Source: Octopus sinensis
Taxonomy: Eukaryota
Length of the DNA: 64,000 nt
Reading direction: 5' to 3'
Assembly: GCF_006345805.1 (NCBI RefSeq)
Contig: NC_043001.1
Location: 87,854,001-87,918,000 of the forward strand
This document shows, piece by piece, positions 1 through 12,501 of the stretch. Positions within the stretch are counted from its first letter, which is position 1. Each line of letters starts with the position of its first letter. The position numbers and the translations under genes are program-made. The notes under the pieces were generated by a model. The model ran no database searches. It was not told the DNA's origin and worked only from the letters and a program-made list of their open reading frames with translations.

Positions 1-1186
1 TACTTTTAGTGCCACTGCAATGGTGTATCTGCCACATATGAAGCCTGCATTCTCTTTGAGCATGCTTGTGATTCCACTACACTTCTTGTGTGTCTAAAGT
101 TTATACTTGGTACAGCATATAGTATTCCTACCTACTCCACTTTTGCATACCAAGTTCCAGTATTATTTTATACTCTCCAATACCTTAGTCTTTACTAAGT
201 TTATCGTAAGTTTTTTTTTATTCTAGGCTTTGTTTCAACAACTGTATTCCTTCTAATTTTTCATATATAAACTCTTTACAAAGTTTCCAACAACCAAAAT
301 CTACTCATGAGGTATTTTGTCAACTTGAGGTTATGGTAAAATGTATTTGCCTTAAGTACTGCTTAGTGATATAATGTATAAGAGACTGTCACATCATCTT
401 CATCACTCTCCCTCATTCTCTTATTACAAACCTTGTGACTGCTACAAACTGTCAGTACCAAGTTCACTTTTATCACATCTACCAAATCTCCTTAAATCAC
501 ACTCTGCCACTTTTTAAAAGAGTAAGAACAAATTGCATGATGGAGTCCTAGATACTCTTCAAAGACAGGATGTCCACAGCTGGAATGCCTTTGGTGATGG
601 CTCTGTTTTATCAGAGTTGACCTGATGTTAAACAGCAATAACAACAATCTCTGATCCCTTTGATTCCAGCTTTCATCCAATCTAGCTACCATCTACTGCC
701 ATATCCTCACCTGCCTCAGCTCTACCATCCACTACCTCTGTCACCACTACCGTCAAATGTCTGCACCATGATGAGAATTTTACATAGTCACTTGATCTGC
801 TAGAAATAACAGCTGATCTCCCTTAAATCACACCTTTGTACATGCATGGAAATGGAAAGAACCATTACTTGATGTAGTACTAGATAAGTCATCAATGACA
901 AGATGTTTGATAGGAATACTTTTAGTCATTGTTCTGCTCCTGCTCATTCAATGCTGACATGGAGCTAATGCACAAAACCTTTAGTGTTGGTTCCATCCAC
1001 AATCATGACATATCCACACTACTATCACTTACCTCTACACAAGCAACCATTCATCATTGTCACACGTCCATGTCACTTCTGTTCTAACTATTGTTACCTT
1101 CTACCATCATATGTCCATATCTCTTCTCCAGCTAACTTCCCCTTATGTTACATGTCTGTAAACTGTATCTGCATTTCTTGATTCAG

Positions 1187-1344
1187 GTATCGGTGCTCTG
1201 TATGTGAGGCGGCGTCCTAGAGTAAGAATTGACCCACCCCAAAGTGGTGGTGGTCAGGAGAGAGGAATTCGAAGTGGTACAGTACCAACACCATTGGTCG
1301 TTGGTTTGGGAAGAGCTTGTCAGATTGCTGAAGAAGAACACGAG
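1187..1344 (+). CDS. NFS1: Cysteine desulfurase NFS1, internal exon (158 bp)
   Basis: Acceptor ttcag|G at 1186/1187. Translates (G)[52 protein letters not shown], the diagnostic NFS1/Isc[12 protein letters not shown] segment. The in-frame donor is GC (GAG|GCTGGT). Upstream exons lie outside the window. Confidence 0.95.
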
Positions 1345-1755
1345 GCTGGTTTACATTACTATTTTCTCTCAGTTTTTCAAATACTCAGTGTTATTAAGAA
1401 AAATGTACTCATTTTTTTTTCTACCAAACTTTTTGAATTTGTTGCAGAATTGGTATAGTGATGGCTGAAATGCTTTGCATTACATTCCTTTGCATTTTTG
1501 AGTTCAAATACCACCAAGATTGGCTTTGCCTTTCATACTTTCAGGAATCAGTAAAATAAGTTGCAGTCAAATACTGGCAAAAGAAGGAACATTTCTAATG
1601 AATTGTTTCATTGTTATCAAGAAGTTCACTTCCCCATCATGTGGTTTTAGTTTTAGTCATGGCTGGCAACTTGGGTGAGTGTTATTCACTATACCCCAGG
1701 ACAAACAAAGCCTTGTGAATAAATTTGGTAAACGGTAACTGAAACACTCTTGTCA

Positions 1756-1803
<48 letters not shown>

Positions 1804-2065
1804 TGTATATCCTTATCTTCTATTTTTTTTCTGTCGCTAGACTGTGGCCATGCTGAGGTACTACCTTGAAGTATTTTAGTTTAGTGAATCGACCCTAGAA
1901 CTTATATTTTTAAAGCCTGGTACTTATTCTAGCGGTACCTTCTGCTGAACTGCTAAGTTACAGAGATGTAATTACACCAACACCAGTTGTCAAATGGCGG
2001 TGGGCACAAATACAGACACACAGATATATATCATCATCATCATTCATATATATATATAATATATA

Positions 2066-2098
<33 letters not shown>

Positions 2099-2793
2099 AT
2101 GCGCTTCTATCAATTTCCGTCTACCAAATTCACTCACAAGGCTGCTAGGATGCAAGTCAAGGTCCTGTCAACCCTGGCCAGGTCACCTGGATAAAGGTGT
2201 CTCCAGTTGAAAAACCTGAAACACTCGATAGCTCCAGCTTACATCATTGATGATGTCTCCTAGCTCATCCAGGAGATGTATCTTGCACAGGTGATTAAGT
2301 GCAGGTTACTTAATTCACTCCACAAAAGATTGGTTTCTTATGGATTACATTTAAGTCCATTGTCTCTAATATCAGACTGATGAATGACAAATCTCCTATG
2401 TCGAGGATGGTAGTTTATTTCTGATACGTTTCTTCCTGATGTCCTCATACCTACCTCCAACAGCTAGGTGGACTGAGGCAATATAGAAAGAGGCATCCTA
2501 CAAAGTGATATATCATCATCATTGTTGTTTAACATCTGCTTTCCATGCTGGCATGGGTTGGACAGTTTGACTGATGTCTGGCAAGCCAGTGAGCTGCACC
2601 AGGCTCCAATCTGATCTGGCGATGTTTCTACAGCTGGATGCCCTTCCTAACGTCAACCACTCCGGGAGTGTAGTGGGTGCTTTTTATGTGCCGTTGCAGA
2701 TTTCATTACTTTATCCACTAAAAAGTGTACCAATCAGTATCTTTTTGCTTAAAAACTACTCTGTTGTTAATAGATTTCCACATTTGTTTTCAG

Positions 2794-2899
2794 TATGACT
2801 ACAAGAGAGTTTCCATGCTGTCCAAGAGGCTGATAGAAAAAATCACAGCAGAAACAAGTCATGTGATTAGGAATGGTGACCCAGAGTCATCTTATCCGG
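2794..2899 (+). CDS. NFS1: NFS1 internal exon (106 bp)
   Basis: tttcag|TAT...CCG G|gtatgt; YDYKRVSMLSKRLIEKITAETSHVIRNGDPESSYP(G). Confidence 0.95.
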
Positions 2900-3753
2900 G
2901 TATGTCTATCGTATATTCTTACCTTTTCCTTCTCCATCATATATGAACAGTGACAGCAAGATCAGATATATTTAAGTGAAAGACAAAGCCAGAAGACCAA
3001 CTAAAGACCAGACCAGATATATTTCAAAGAAAGACATATCACTAATATATATTACACTGTGTAACATGACTTTTGTCCTTGGGTTGCAACTGTTAATTTC
3101 CTATTTATTTACACCTAGAAAGTATGAAAAATGGCTCATATTTTCTTCAAACTTTGCTTTTGTTACATTTATTCAAACCTCAAAGAATCACTCTCGTCAC
3201 ATGGCTATGATGCTTCCCTACTACTCCTGCTCATGATGAAAGATGCATGGATCTTATCGGTTTAGCTGCCAGCATCAATTCTGTTCGAATTGATTTCATA
3301 TTCTGTGTAATGATATACTTTTATATGCTAATTAATGACATGAAAGTAATTTTTGCTATAAGTAATTTTTGCTATAAAGTGTTATTAGCAATTAAAGATT
3401 TTAGCCAATCGTAAGTCACAGACACTTTCATATATATATATATATACACCCACGCACACATATATATAAAGGTGATGCTCCAGCATGGCCGCAGTCAAAT
3501 GACTGAAACAAGTAAAAGAGTAAAAGAGAGTAAGAGTATATATATATATATATTACTACACCACCTATATACATACACATATGCATAATACATACATATA
3601 TTTTCATACATTATCATCATTTAACGTCCGTTGTCCATGCTGACATTGTTTGGATGGTTTGACCAGGGCTGATAAGCTGACGGGCTGCACCAGACTCCAT
3701 TTTGATATATATACACACACATGTACATATGCATACATTCTTTTTAATTGTAG

Positions 3754-3835
3754 GTTGTGTGAACTTATCATTTGCCTTTGTTGAAGGAGAAAGTTTGTTG
3801 ATGGCCCTTAAAGATGTTGCTTTATCCTCTGGCAG
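3754..3835 (+). CDS. NFS1: NFS1 internal exon (82 bp)
   Basis: ttgtag|GT...GGC AG|gtaag; (G)[26 protein letters not shown](S). Confidence 0.97.
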
Positions 3836-4256
3836 GTAAGTTCATTAACTGCTTCCTAACATTAATAATTCCTCTTCAGGAAGTCAAATTGTAGTATTGC
3901 TTTTGTGTGTGGATGTGATATGTTTAATTCAGGAGCCAGCCATTCTCTGTTTCCTCATAAAATCGTTCTTACATACCCCTTGGTTTAATAATACCAAATG
4001 GCTTTGTACATGAATGAAAATTTGGCAAGTGTTTAGATCAGAAGTTGCTCATATACATTTTCTTACTGATATTAGACAGGTGCAGGCGTAGCTATGTGCT
4101 AAGAAGCTTGCTTCCCACTTCTGGGTTTAGTCCCATTGTGTGACACCTTGGACAAGTGTCTTCTACTATAATCTTGGGTTCACTACAGCCTTATGAGTGG
4201 ATTTCACGGATAGAAACTGAAAGAAGCTCGTTGTAAATATATATATATATATACAT

Positions 4257-4431
4257 ATACAAAATAAGAAAATGGAGGAATATGTTTTAATCAATCATCA
4301 ACTACTAGATAATACCAATTCATATAATTTATTAACTAATTATATAGGAACATCCAGAAATTATATGAATTGGTATTATCTAGTAGTTGATGATTGATTA
4401 AAATATGTTCCTCCATTTTCTTATTTTGTAT
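4257..4431. repeat. Fold-back element: 74-bp inverted arms, 27-nt loop
   Basis: 4257-4330 is the reverse complement of 4358-4431 with two transitions. It sits inside the TA spacer of a SINE (head 4077-4235, tail about 4630-4860). Confidence 0.9.
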
Positions 4432-4957
4432 TATGAATTTGAGGTAAAACATTTTACCTTCGCTCATATAATACAATAAATGAATTAATTGCATTGCAAT
4501 TCTTAGCATTTATGTATTATCATTTCTGGGTGCTTTACTGGCAGTATATTGGATATATGTTATCCCATAGAGGGTTACACTCACAACCCCTATCTCACTT
4601 TGTAATTATATATACATATATATATATTTTGGTATGTATGTGTGTCTTAATGTCTTTGTTTGCCTACCCCACCGCTCGACAACTGTTGTTGGTGTGGTTA
4701 TGTTCCCGTAAGTTAGCAGTTTAACAAAAGTGCTTGATAGAATAAGTACTAGGCCTACAAAGAATAAGTCCTGGGGTCAATTTCTCTTACTAAAACCCTT
4801 TAAGGTGGTGCCCCAGCATGGCCTCAGTCATTTGACTGAAACAAATAAAAGAATAAGGTTTGATTTAGATAGTGTGTATGTGTGTACATGTGGTTTGGTT
4901 GTTGCAACACTCAAGCTGTAATTACTTGTAAATGAAATATTCTTAATCTATTTCTAG

Positions 4958-5041
4958 TGCCTGTACTTCAGCTTCTCTTGAACCTTCTTATGTACTACGT
5001 GCTATTGGATCAGAAGAAGACTTAGCTCATTCATCCATACG
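4958..5041 (+). CDS. NFS1: NFS1 internal exon (84 bp) with the catalytic cysteine loop
   Basis: ttctag|T GCC TGT...ATA CG|gtaag; (S)[27 protein letters not shown](R), completing the SSGSACTS motif. Confidence 0.97.
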
Positions 5042-5096
5042 GTAAGATGAAATTTAGTCATCGTTAACCCTCTCTCCCTCTTTATCTCTTTCTGTA

Positions 5097-5303
5097 CGGT
5101 AATCCCTTGACCATTGCAGGTGTTGTGTTCCAAAACCTTCCACAGAAATAATTAAAATCTAAAAAAAATATAGATATCAATCATCCACAAATACCCACGT
5201 TATACTGAGGAGTTTGTGATATAAATTTACATATATTAGCCAGAAAAATCTGTGATGTACTGAGTGCATGATAGGTGAACTGCAATATGGCAAGGGATTA
5301 CTG
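5097..5303. mobile_element. Tigger/pogo-like MITE (Tc1/mariner superfamily)
   Basis: TA|CGGTAATCCCTTG ... CAAGGGATTACTG|TA: 13-bp TIR core with one mismatch and TA flanking both ends. Confidence 0.75.
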
Positions 5304-5624
5304 TACCTTACCAAGCATATATGTAACTCTGAGCAGGTCAATGTGATAGCATTGACGTTTCACCACTAGCATGACAAGCGACATTATTTTTTTCTCTAAT
5401 TTTGAGAGCTGAGTCACCTGGAGAAGAGTTCCAACTAGATGAAATCTTTGAGCAATTTAAATGGACAAAACTCTCATACTCATTGGCTAAAGAGTGTCAG
5501 CATAAGGGCCCCCACATGTAATGACCTAGATGTGGCTCAGCTCCTTAAGTAATAAGTTAAGGACTGATGCGGGTTTCTTCTCTGAAAAACTGCTGCTCAG
5601 CTCTCTTGAGAGTTTCTTACCACT

Positions 5625-5659
5625 GTATGTGTGTGTGTGTATATATATATGTATACATA

Positions 5660-5690
<31 letters not shown>

Positions 5691-5776
5691 GTGTGTACAT
5701 ATATATATATGTGTATATATATATATATATATATGTGTATATATATATATATATATATGGTATATATATATATATA

Positions 5777-5821
<45 letters not shown>

Positions 5822-6009
5822 TGTATATATATATGTGTATTATATATGTATGTATATATATATGTGTATATATATATATGTATATATATGTATGTATGTA
5901 TATATATATGTGTATATATATGTATATATATATATAATATGTATGTATGTGTATATATATATATGTATATATATGTATATGTATATATATGTGTATATAT
6001 ATATGTATA

Positions 6010-6048
<39 letters not shown>

Positions 6049-6331
6049 ATATATATATATATATATGTATATGTATATATATGTATATATATATGTGTAT
6101 ATATATGTATGTATATATATATGTGTATATATATGTATGTGTATATATATGTATGTATGTATATATATATGTGTATATATATGTATATATATATATATAT
6201 GTATGTATGTGTATATATATAATGTATATATATGTATATGTATATATATGTGTATAATATATATGTATATATATGTGTATATATATATATTATATATATA
6301 TGTGTGTATATATATATATATATATTATATA

Positions 6332-6373
<42 letters not shown>

Positions 6374-6937
6374 GTGTAATATATATGTATATATATGTGT
6401 GTATATATGTGTATATATATGTATATATATGTATATATATGTGTATATATATATATGTATATATATGTGTATATATATGTGTATATATATATGTGTATAT
6501 ATATGTGTATATATATATGTGTATATATATATGTGTATATATATATGTGTATATATATATATGTATATATATATATGTGTATATATATGTGTATATATAT
6601 ATGTGTGTATATATATATGTGTATATATATATGTGTGTATATATATATGTGTATATATATATGTGTGTATATATATATGTGTATATATATGTGTGTATAT
6701 ATATGTGTATATATATATGTGTGTATATATATATGTGTATATATATGTGTATATATATATATGTGTATATATATGTGTATATATATATATGTGTATATAT
6801 ATATATATGTGTATATATATATATGTGTATATATATGTGTATATATATATATATATATGTGGTGTATATATATGTGTATATATATATATATATGTGGTGT
6901 GTATATATATATATATATTATATATATATATATATAC
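5625..6937. repeat. Compound (AT)n/(GT)n microsatellite, about 1.3 kb
   Basis: Near-continuous alternating purine-pyrimidine sequence; source of the YI/CV-rich pseudo-ORFs. Confidence 0.97.
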
Positions 6938-7006
6938 AATGAATGGCTGTGCCCCAGCATGGCCACAGCTCATTAGCTGAAACTGGAAAAATCAAAAATC
7001 AAAATC

Positions 7007-7151
7007 ATATGTGTATATATATATGTGTATATATATATATGTGTATATATATATATATATATTATATATTATATATAATATATATATATGTAATATATAT
7101 ATGTGTATTATATATATATATGTGTGTGTATATATATGGTGTGTATATATA

Positions 7152-7185
<34 letters not shown>

Positions 7186-7410
7186 ATATGTATGTGTATA
7201 TATATATATGTGTGTATATATATTATGTGTGTATATATATATATATATATATTGTGTATATATATATATATGTGTATATATGTGTAATATATATATATAT
7301 ATACGTGTATATATATATATGTGTATATATATATATATATATATACGTGTATATATATAGATATATAAGTGTATAGATATATATGTGTATAGATATATAT
7401 ATAATATATA
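7007..7410. repeat. Compound (AT)n/(GT)n microsatellite, about 0.4 kb
   Basis: Same composition, separated from the larger array by a SINE 3' tail (about 6938-7005). Confidence 0.95.
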
Positions 7411-7491
7411 TATCATCGTCATTTAGCGTCCGTTTTCCATGCTAGCATCGGTTGGACGGTTCAACTGGGGTCTGTGAAGCCAGAAGGCTTA

Positions 7492-7857
7492 TCTCTCTAT
7501 ATATAAACAGCAGTTTGTCTGTGTGTGTTTCTGTGTGTCTGTTAGGTTGTACCCTCACCCTGACCACGGCTTTCAACCGATTCTGATGAAACTTGACACA
7601 CACATAGCCCAATGTCATAATTCAAAACTAACGCAGCGAAAATTTTGAAAAGTTCCCCAGTTCTGAAAAAAATCGATAAATTCGACATGGGGTCGAGAAT
7701 CAGAAACACAAACCACAGACTGTCTAGGGGACGCAACTCGACCTTTTTAACTAAAAAAAATTTACCATCATTTTGCTATTTTTTGGCTATAACTCTCTAA
7801 AAATGCTTTATAGTTATTTCCCTTACAAACCCGAGCAACGCCGGGCGATACTGCTAG
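7492..7857 (+). mobile_element. Non-autonomous Helitron
   Basis: A|TC start (TCTCTCTATATATAAACAGCAG), subterminal hairpin CCCG-AGCAACGC-CGGG (7830-7845), CTAG|T end; inserted between A and T with no TSD. Confidence 0.85.
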
Positions 7858-8127
7858 TATTATATATATATATATATATATATGAAATAGAGCTAATAGT
7901 GAGGGATTATCAATCTGGACAAAATACTTCATAAGTTCTCTGTTGGCACACCAGGCTAATAGTATTATTTAGATTAGAGAAGAACTCCAGCTATTCTTAT
8001 GGAAGGGTTCAAGGTTATGGTTCATCACAATTCTGTATTGTAATTGTAAATCTATGGATGGGCTCCTGACAAACTAGTTTTTACACAGTGACAAGTTAAA
8101 AATAATGGTCATTACATATTTTTAACT

Positions 8128-8163
<36 letters not shown>

Positions 8164-9279
8164 TTTTTTTCAAAACACCCATTTCTTCTATTTATTGAGG
8201 TACTTATATAACAGATGCTATCAAATACTTCTCATGATCATTTGGGGTATTTAAGAGACTTCATTACCTGGGTACATTTACTACATATGAAATCTTTCTT
8301 CTTTATCAGCCTGTTTGATCTATTACCTTTTCCTTTTGTTTGTGCCAAATACATGGTCTAGAGTTCCTTGATTACTCTTTCTGTATAGAGAGTATGGCTA
8401 CTTTCCAGCTTGTAGTTGTATTCTTTATATTTACTTTTATGTTAAATATGACCTTTACAATTCTAGACTTGGCTTCCACATTTGGAACTTTTTTCAAATT
8501 CTTTGTCTGATATGGTTATAAACAATTAGATTACCAAGCTCCCATGAGTAACCAATCCTGATCTCCTTTGTCATGGAGAATATAATAAGCAGGACTCAAA
8601 GTTTCAGAGAGACAACTACATGCACGGTAAATTTCTCACTGGGCTTGTTAAAAACTCACTTTGCTGACAGTGCTTTGCAGAGCTCTGACAAGTTATTCCT
8701 CTACCTCCAGTTCTTTTAGTGACAATCAACTGTGGAATATTGTACATTGTTGGAGGCCTTTTTTTTTAACTCAATAAATGCTTAATATAATGGTTTAGTT
8801 GCCTAGCTAAGAAGAAGAATCAGTGATTCTACATCTTGGCAAGATAAAGGACTATTATAGGTTGCAAAATGTACAACCCACGGAGCAGTTGAAAGTAGTA
8901 ACTGCAAGCAAGAACTGGCTCAGAGTAGAAGGAGCTTTTTACTTCTCTCGTATGGGACAACTTCTCCAATGCCAGTATCAATATAAAATACATCCAGTAC
9001 ACTCTATAAAACTTGCTCAACACAACAAAGTTGTCTGGTTTTTCTGTTGCTGTGTGTGTGTGTGTGCAAGATATAGAAGATTATGGTGAGTGGTAATCCA
9101 TCTAACCATGCCAGCATGCAAAAATGGATGTAAAATGATGATAGAAAGAAGTGGTCATTGTATATGACTCAAGCATGGCTAATTAGTTAAGAAATTTGCT
9201 TTGCAATCATAACTCTGGTCAGTAATTCTTGATGTTGATGTGGTCACTACAGTTTGGGGTTTTTTTTTCCTGCTTTTAG

Positions 9280-9369
9280 GTTTGGTATTGGTCGTTTCAC
9301 AACAGAAGCAGAGATAGACTATACTGTTGAGAAATGTAACAAGTTTGTGAAGGAGCTGAGGGAAATGAG
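9280..9369 (+). CDS. NFS1: NFS1 penultimate coding exon (90 bp)
   Basis: ttttag|G TTT...ATG AG|gtgagt; (R)FGIGRFTTEAEIDYTVEKCNKFVKELREM(S). Missed by the ORF track. Confidence 0.97.
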
Positions 9370-9538
9370 GTGAGTGGTTTGCAAATTTCTCCAAATTATT
9401 TTTATAGAAAGGATGGGTGGGTACTTTCGACCTAATTCCATTGCTATGATGGGATTATAATGGGGTAGTTTGTGGAGCAGATAAATGTTGTTTGTTAGTC
9501 ACTAAAAGAACTAAATATCTCTTATTCTATCATTTCAG

Positions 9539-9602
9539 CCCTCTCTGGGAAATGGTACAGGAAGGAATTGATTTGAAAACTATTAAGTGGACCCAACATT
9601 GA
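9539..9602 (+). CDS. NFS1: NFS1 last coding exon
   Basis: tttcag|C CCT...CAT TGA; (S)PLWEMVQEGIDLKTIKWTQH*, the conserved NFS1 C-terminus. Confidence 0.97.
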
Positions 9603-10171
9603 ATGATATTGTGGTAGTATTGAACTGTACCCACCAACTGTTACTTCCAGGCCTGTCTGTGCAAAGTCGATGTGTCTGGCCCCTAATATTTGCAAGAAAC
9701 ATACAAGTCTGACCTCTAATTGACAATATACACTCCTATGTAGCGTTATTGCATAATATTTAATAATAATAATAATAATCTATTTTTAAAGATATTTTGA
9801 GCTTATTATTTTTTATTATTGAATGTTGGACAAAATGTCTAAGAGTATTACTGTATTTATTCCAGCTCTTCATATCCTGAGTTTGAATAATTTGGGGTTT
9901 TGGGTTTTATTGCTATGAAAGAAATATAGCTGGTACTGTGTGATACCATTCAGTTCTCTGCATATTTATGACAAAGTTTCAATCCTCTGTTGAAGTATGT
10001 TTTTTTTTTTTTCATGTGTCTTTCAGATCTTTTTCCCAATCTATACATTCTAAAGATTGTAAAGTGTAAATGCATCAAAATTAGTTGTAAGTTTTGTGCT
10101 GATCACTTACCAAAGTTGCCATATAATCATGGGTAAAAATAATTTGATTTGTAATTTTCTAAAAAGTTTTA

Positions 10172-10223
10172 AATAAATTTGTTTTGAAATAAACTTAGGA
10201 AAACATTTTTTTGTTTTAATAAA
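10172..10223 (+). promoter_or_regulatory. Cluster of three AATAAA hexamers, candidate NFS1 polyadenylation signals
   Basis: AATAAA at 10172, 10188 and 10218, about 570-620 nt after the stop codon. The region is AT-rich, so chance occurrence is possible. Confidence 0.5.
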
Positions 10224-10404
10224 TTAATGTTGCACAATGACACAGGTATGGCTGTGTGGTAAAAAGTTAGCTTCCCAACCTTATGGTTCTGGGGTCAGTC
10301 ACACTACATGGCAGCTTGGCCAAGTGTCTTCTACTATAGCCCCAGGCCAACCAAAGCCTTGCAAGTGGATTTGGTAGAGGGAAACTGAAAAAAGCCTGTC
10401 ATCG

Positions 10405-10900
10405 CTATCATCATTTAACATCTGTTGTCCATGTTATCATGGGTTGGATGGTGTGACCAGAGCTAGCAAACCCTTGGGGCTGCACCAGACTCTAGTCTGA
10501 TTTGGCATGGTTTCTACAGCTGGATGCCCTTCCTTATGCCAACCACCTTACAGTGTGTGCTGAGTGTTTGTAATGTGGTACTGGCACAGGACTCTTGCAG
10601 ACCAACCCTCTTCACCAGGGTATGTAGTCTTAACACTTCTGCTGTGGAGGACAAATCTTCTTGGGTACAGCAAGGTGCCAGGTATCTTGGTCCTTTGTCA
10701 TCTCATCTGAAAGGTTCGGCATTCAGAGATCATACTTCATCCCTTGTCTTCCTGGATCTTCTCCTTCCATGAGTTCTATCCACTTTGAGTGATTGGCATT
10801 TCTTTATGGTGCTGTTGGCTGGATTAATTAAATTCACTATGTCTTCTCTCAGAAGTGTGGCTTTGTACATATTTTAGAAATCATTTTTGTTATTGATGTT
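10405..10900 (-). mobile_element. RTE LINE 3' fragment, decayed
   Basis: Minus strand GRRRSRKTRDEV...MTKDQDTWHLAV parallels the C-terminus of the 15.4-16.4 kb RTE ORF and is followed by the same 3' tail. Confidence 0.65.
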
Positions 10901-11199
10901 GTTCTTAGGTTGATTGATGGCAGAATTAATACAGTGCCTGGCAAAAGTTCTTTCAATGTTTAACTATGACCCTTTATGTTGTTTATGTTGTAGGTTCATT
11001 TTCTATGATGGTTGGCTTAACTTTATATCCTTCTAGGTTTTGAAAGCTGAATAAAATATCTAATAAAGAGCATTCATTGATTGAATAACATTACACCTGG
11101 AGAGATACAGAATCCAACAGTCTCCAGATAAGTCATACATAGGAGAATTTTGATGGACAAGGTATGCCAAATATGAGAATAGAAGGATCAAAATATAGC

Positions 11200-11529
11200 A
11201 ACGCCGAGTTATAGTGCTAGTGTGTGCGTGCACACATACACGCGAGTACTGTCCAAATCTCCGACCAATCACATACAGCTAGCTGGTATTCAATTGACGT
11301 ATCAAGTTTTGGGCATTTTGATTGGGTTTTGGATAGAAAATTCACAAAAATGTCGCTTCTATTGATTTTTTAATGGCTTTGCGGGGTGACTGGGGAAATG
11401 TAAAGATGTGCACGACCACCCTTGGATGGTTTTGAATGACCATAGAAAGTGCGAGCTCTCTAACTGAAAAATTGTGGATTTGTATAAAGGACACGCACAC
11501 AGACATTTTGCTGTTTATATATATAGAGA
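11200..11529 (-). mobile_element. Helitron-family element with recognisable 5' end
   Basis: Minus strand begins A|TCTCTATATATATAAACAGCAAAATGTCTGTGTG, nearly identical to the 5' end at 7492. The 3' end was not identified. Confidence 0.6.
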
Positions 11530-11919
11530 TACAGGATTCACCATATCCTGGTGGGGCTGTGGGAGTATTAAATGTTTTGGCATAGCTATTTTTATACTGC
11601 TGATTCAATGTCAACTTATTTGACATCAGAAGTTTTAATGTCTTTCTTATTTTCTCCTCTCTCTCTCACTCTCTCACTGTTTATGTGTGTGAGTATCGAG
11701 TTTTGTCTTTATTATCATCATTTAAAACGCATGTTCCATGCTGACATGGAGTGTAATGTTTCTTTCCCATTATCTGTATGTGTATATTTCTGTGCATGTT
11801 TTTGCCTCTGTTACAGAAATGTAGTTCTGCCAAAACAGTCATGCTAAACCATTAGCATCTCAACAGCCATTCCCAGTTATCTCATTCTGTCCAGGAGAGA
11901 GCAGTTCTCACATCAGTAA

Positions 11920-12459
11920 ATCCCCATAAAGTACCTCTGTGGAAATAGTACTAAACAAAGGTCTCGACTTCACAACAAACATCAAACAAGTTCTATACTT
12001 AGACATGACAGCCCCATTTGAGGAGATACATTTGAAAATACCTAAGATGTAGACTAACAAGTTGAGATAGAATCTGGAAAAAGTTCTAGAGAAAGCCAGT
12101 CTTCATGAACTGAACATTACAAGAGAGTAATAAAAAAAGTGGTTGTCAGAACACTACAAACTGGTACTACTACAATTATAGCATCAGGGGATAAAAGCAT
12201 CTCATGGGTGGTGATGACAAGTTGGAATATTTAGAGAAACTAATAAACCTGGTTAGGGACAGTAGCTACTGTAACTCTTTTACTTTTTTTACTCATTTGA
12301 CTGCGGCCATGCTGGGGCACCGCCTTTAGTTGAGCAAATTGACCTCAGGACTTATTCTTTTGTAAGCCTAGTACTTATTCTATTGGTCTCTTTTGCCGAA
12401 CATGCTAAGTTACGGTGACGTAAACACACCAGCATTGGTTGTCAACCAATGTTAGGGGA

Positions 12460-12501
<42 letters not shown>

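Noticed and set aside
1-1186. Earlier NFS1 exons
   Set aside because: No NFS1-like peptide found in any frame; they must lie upstream of the window.
5530-7422. Many 90-270 aa ORFs rich in Y, I, C, V, M (also 18984-19412, 34886-35190)
   Set aside because: Translations of AT/GT microsatellites, which lack stop codons by composition.
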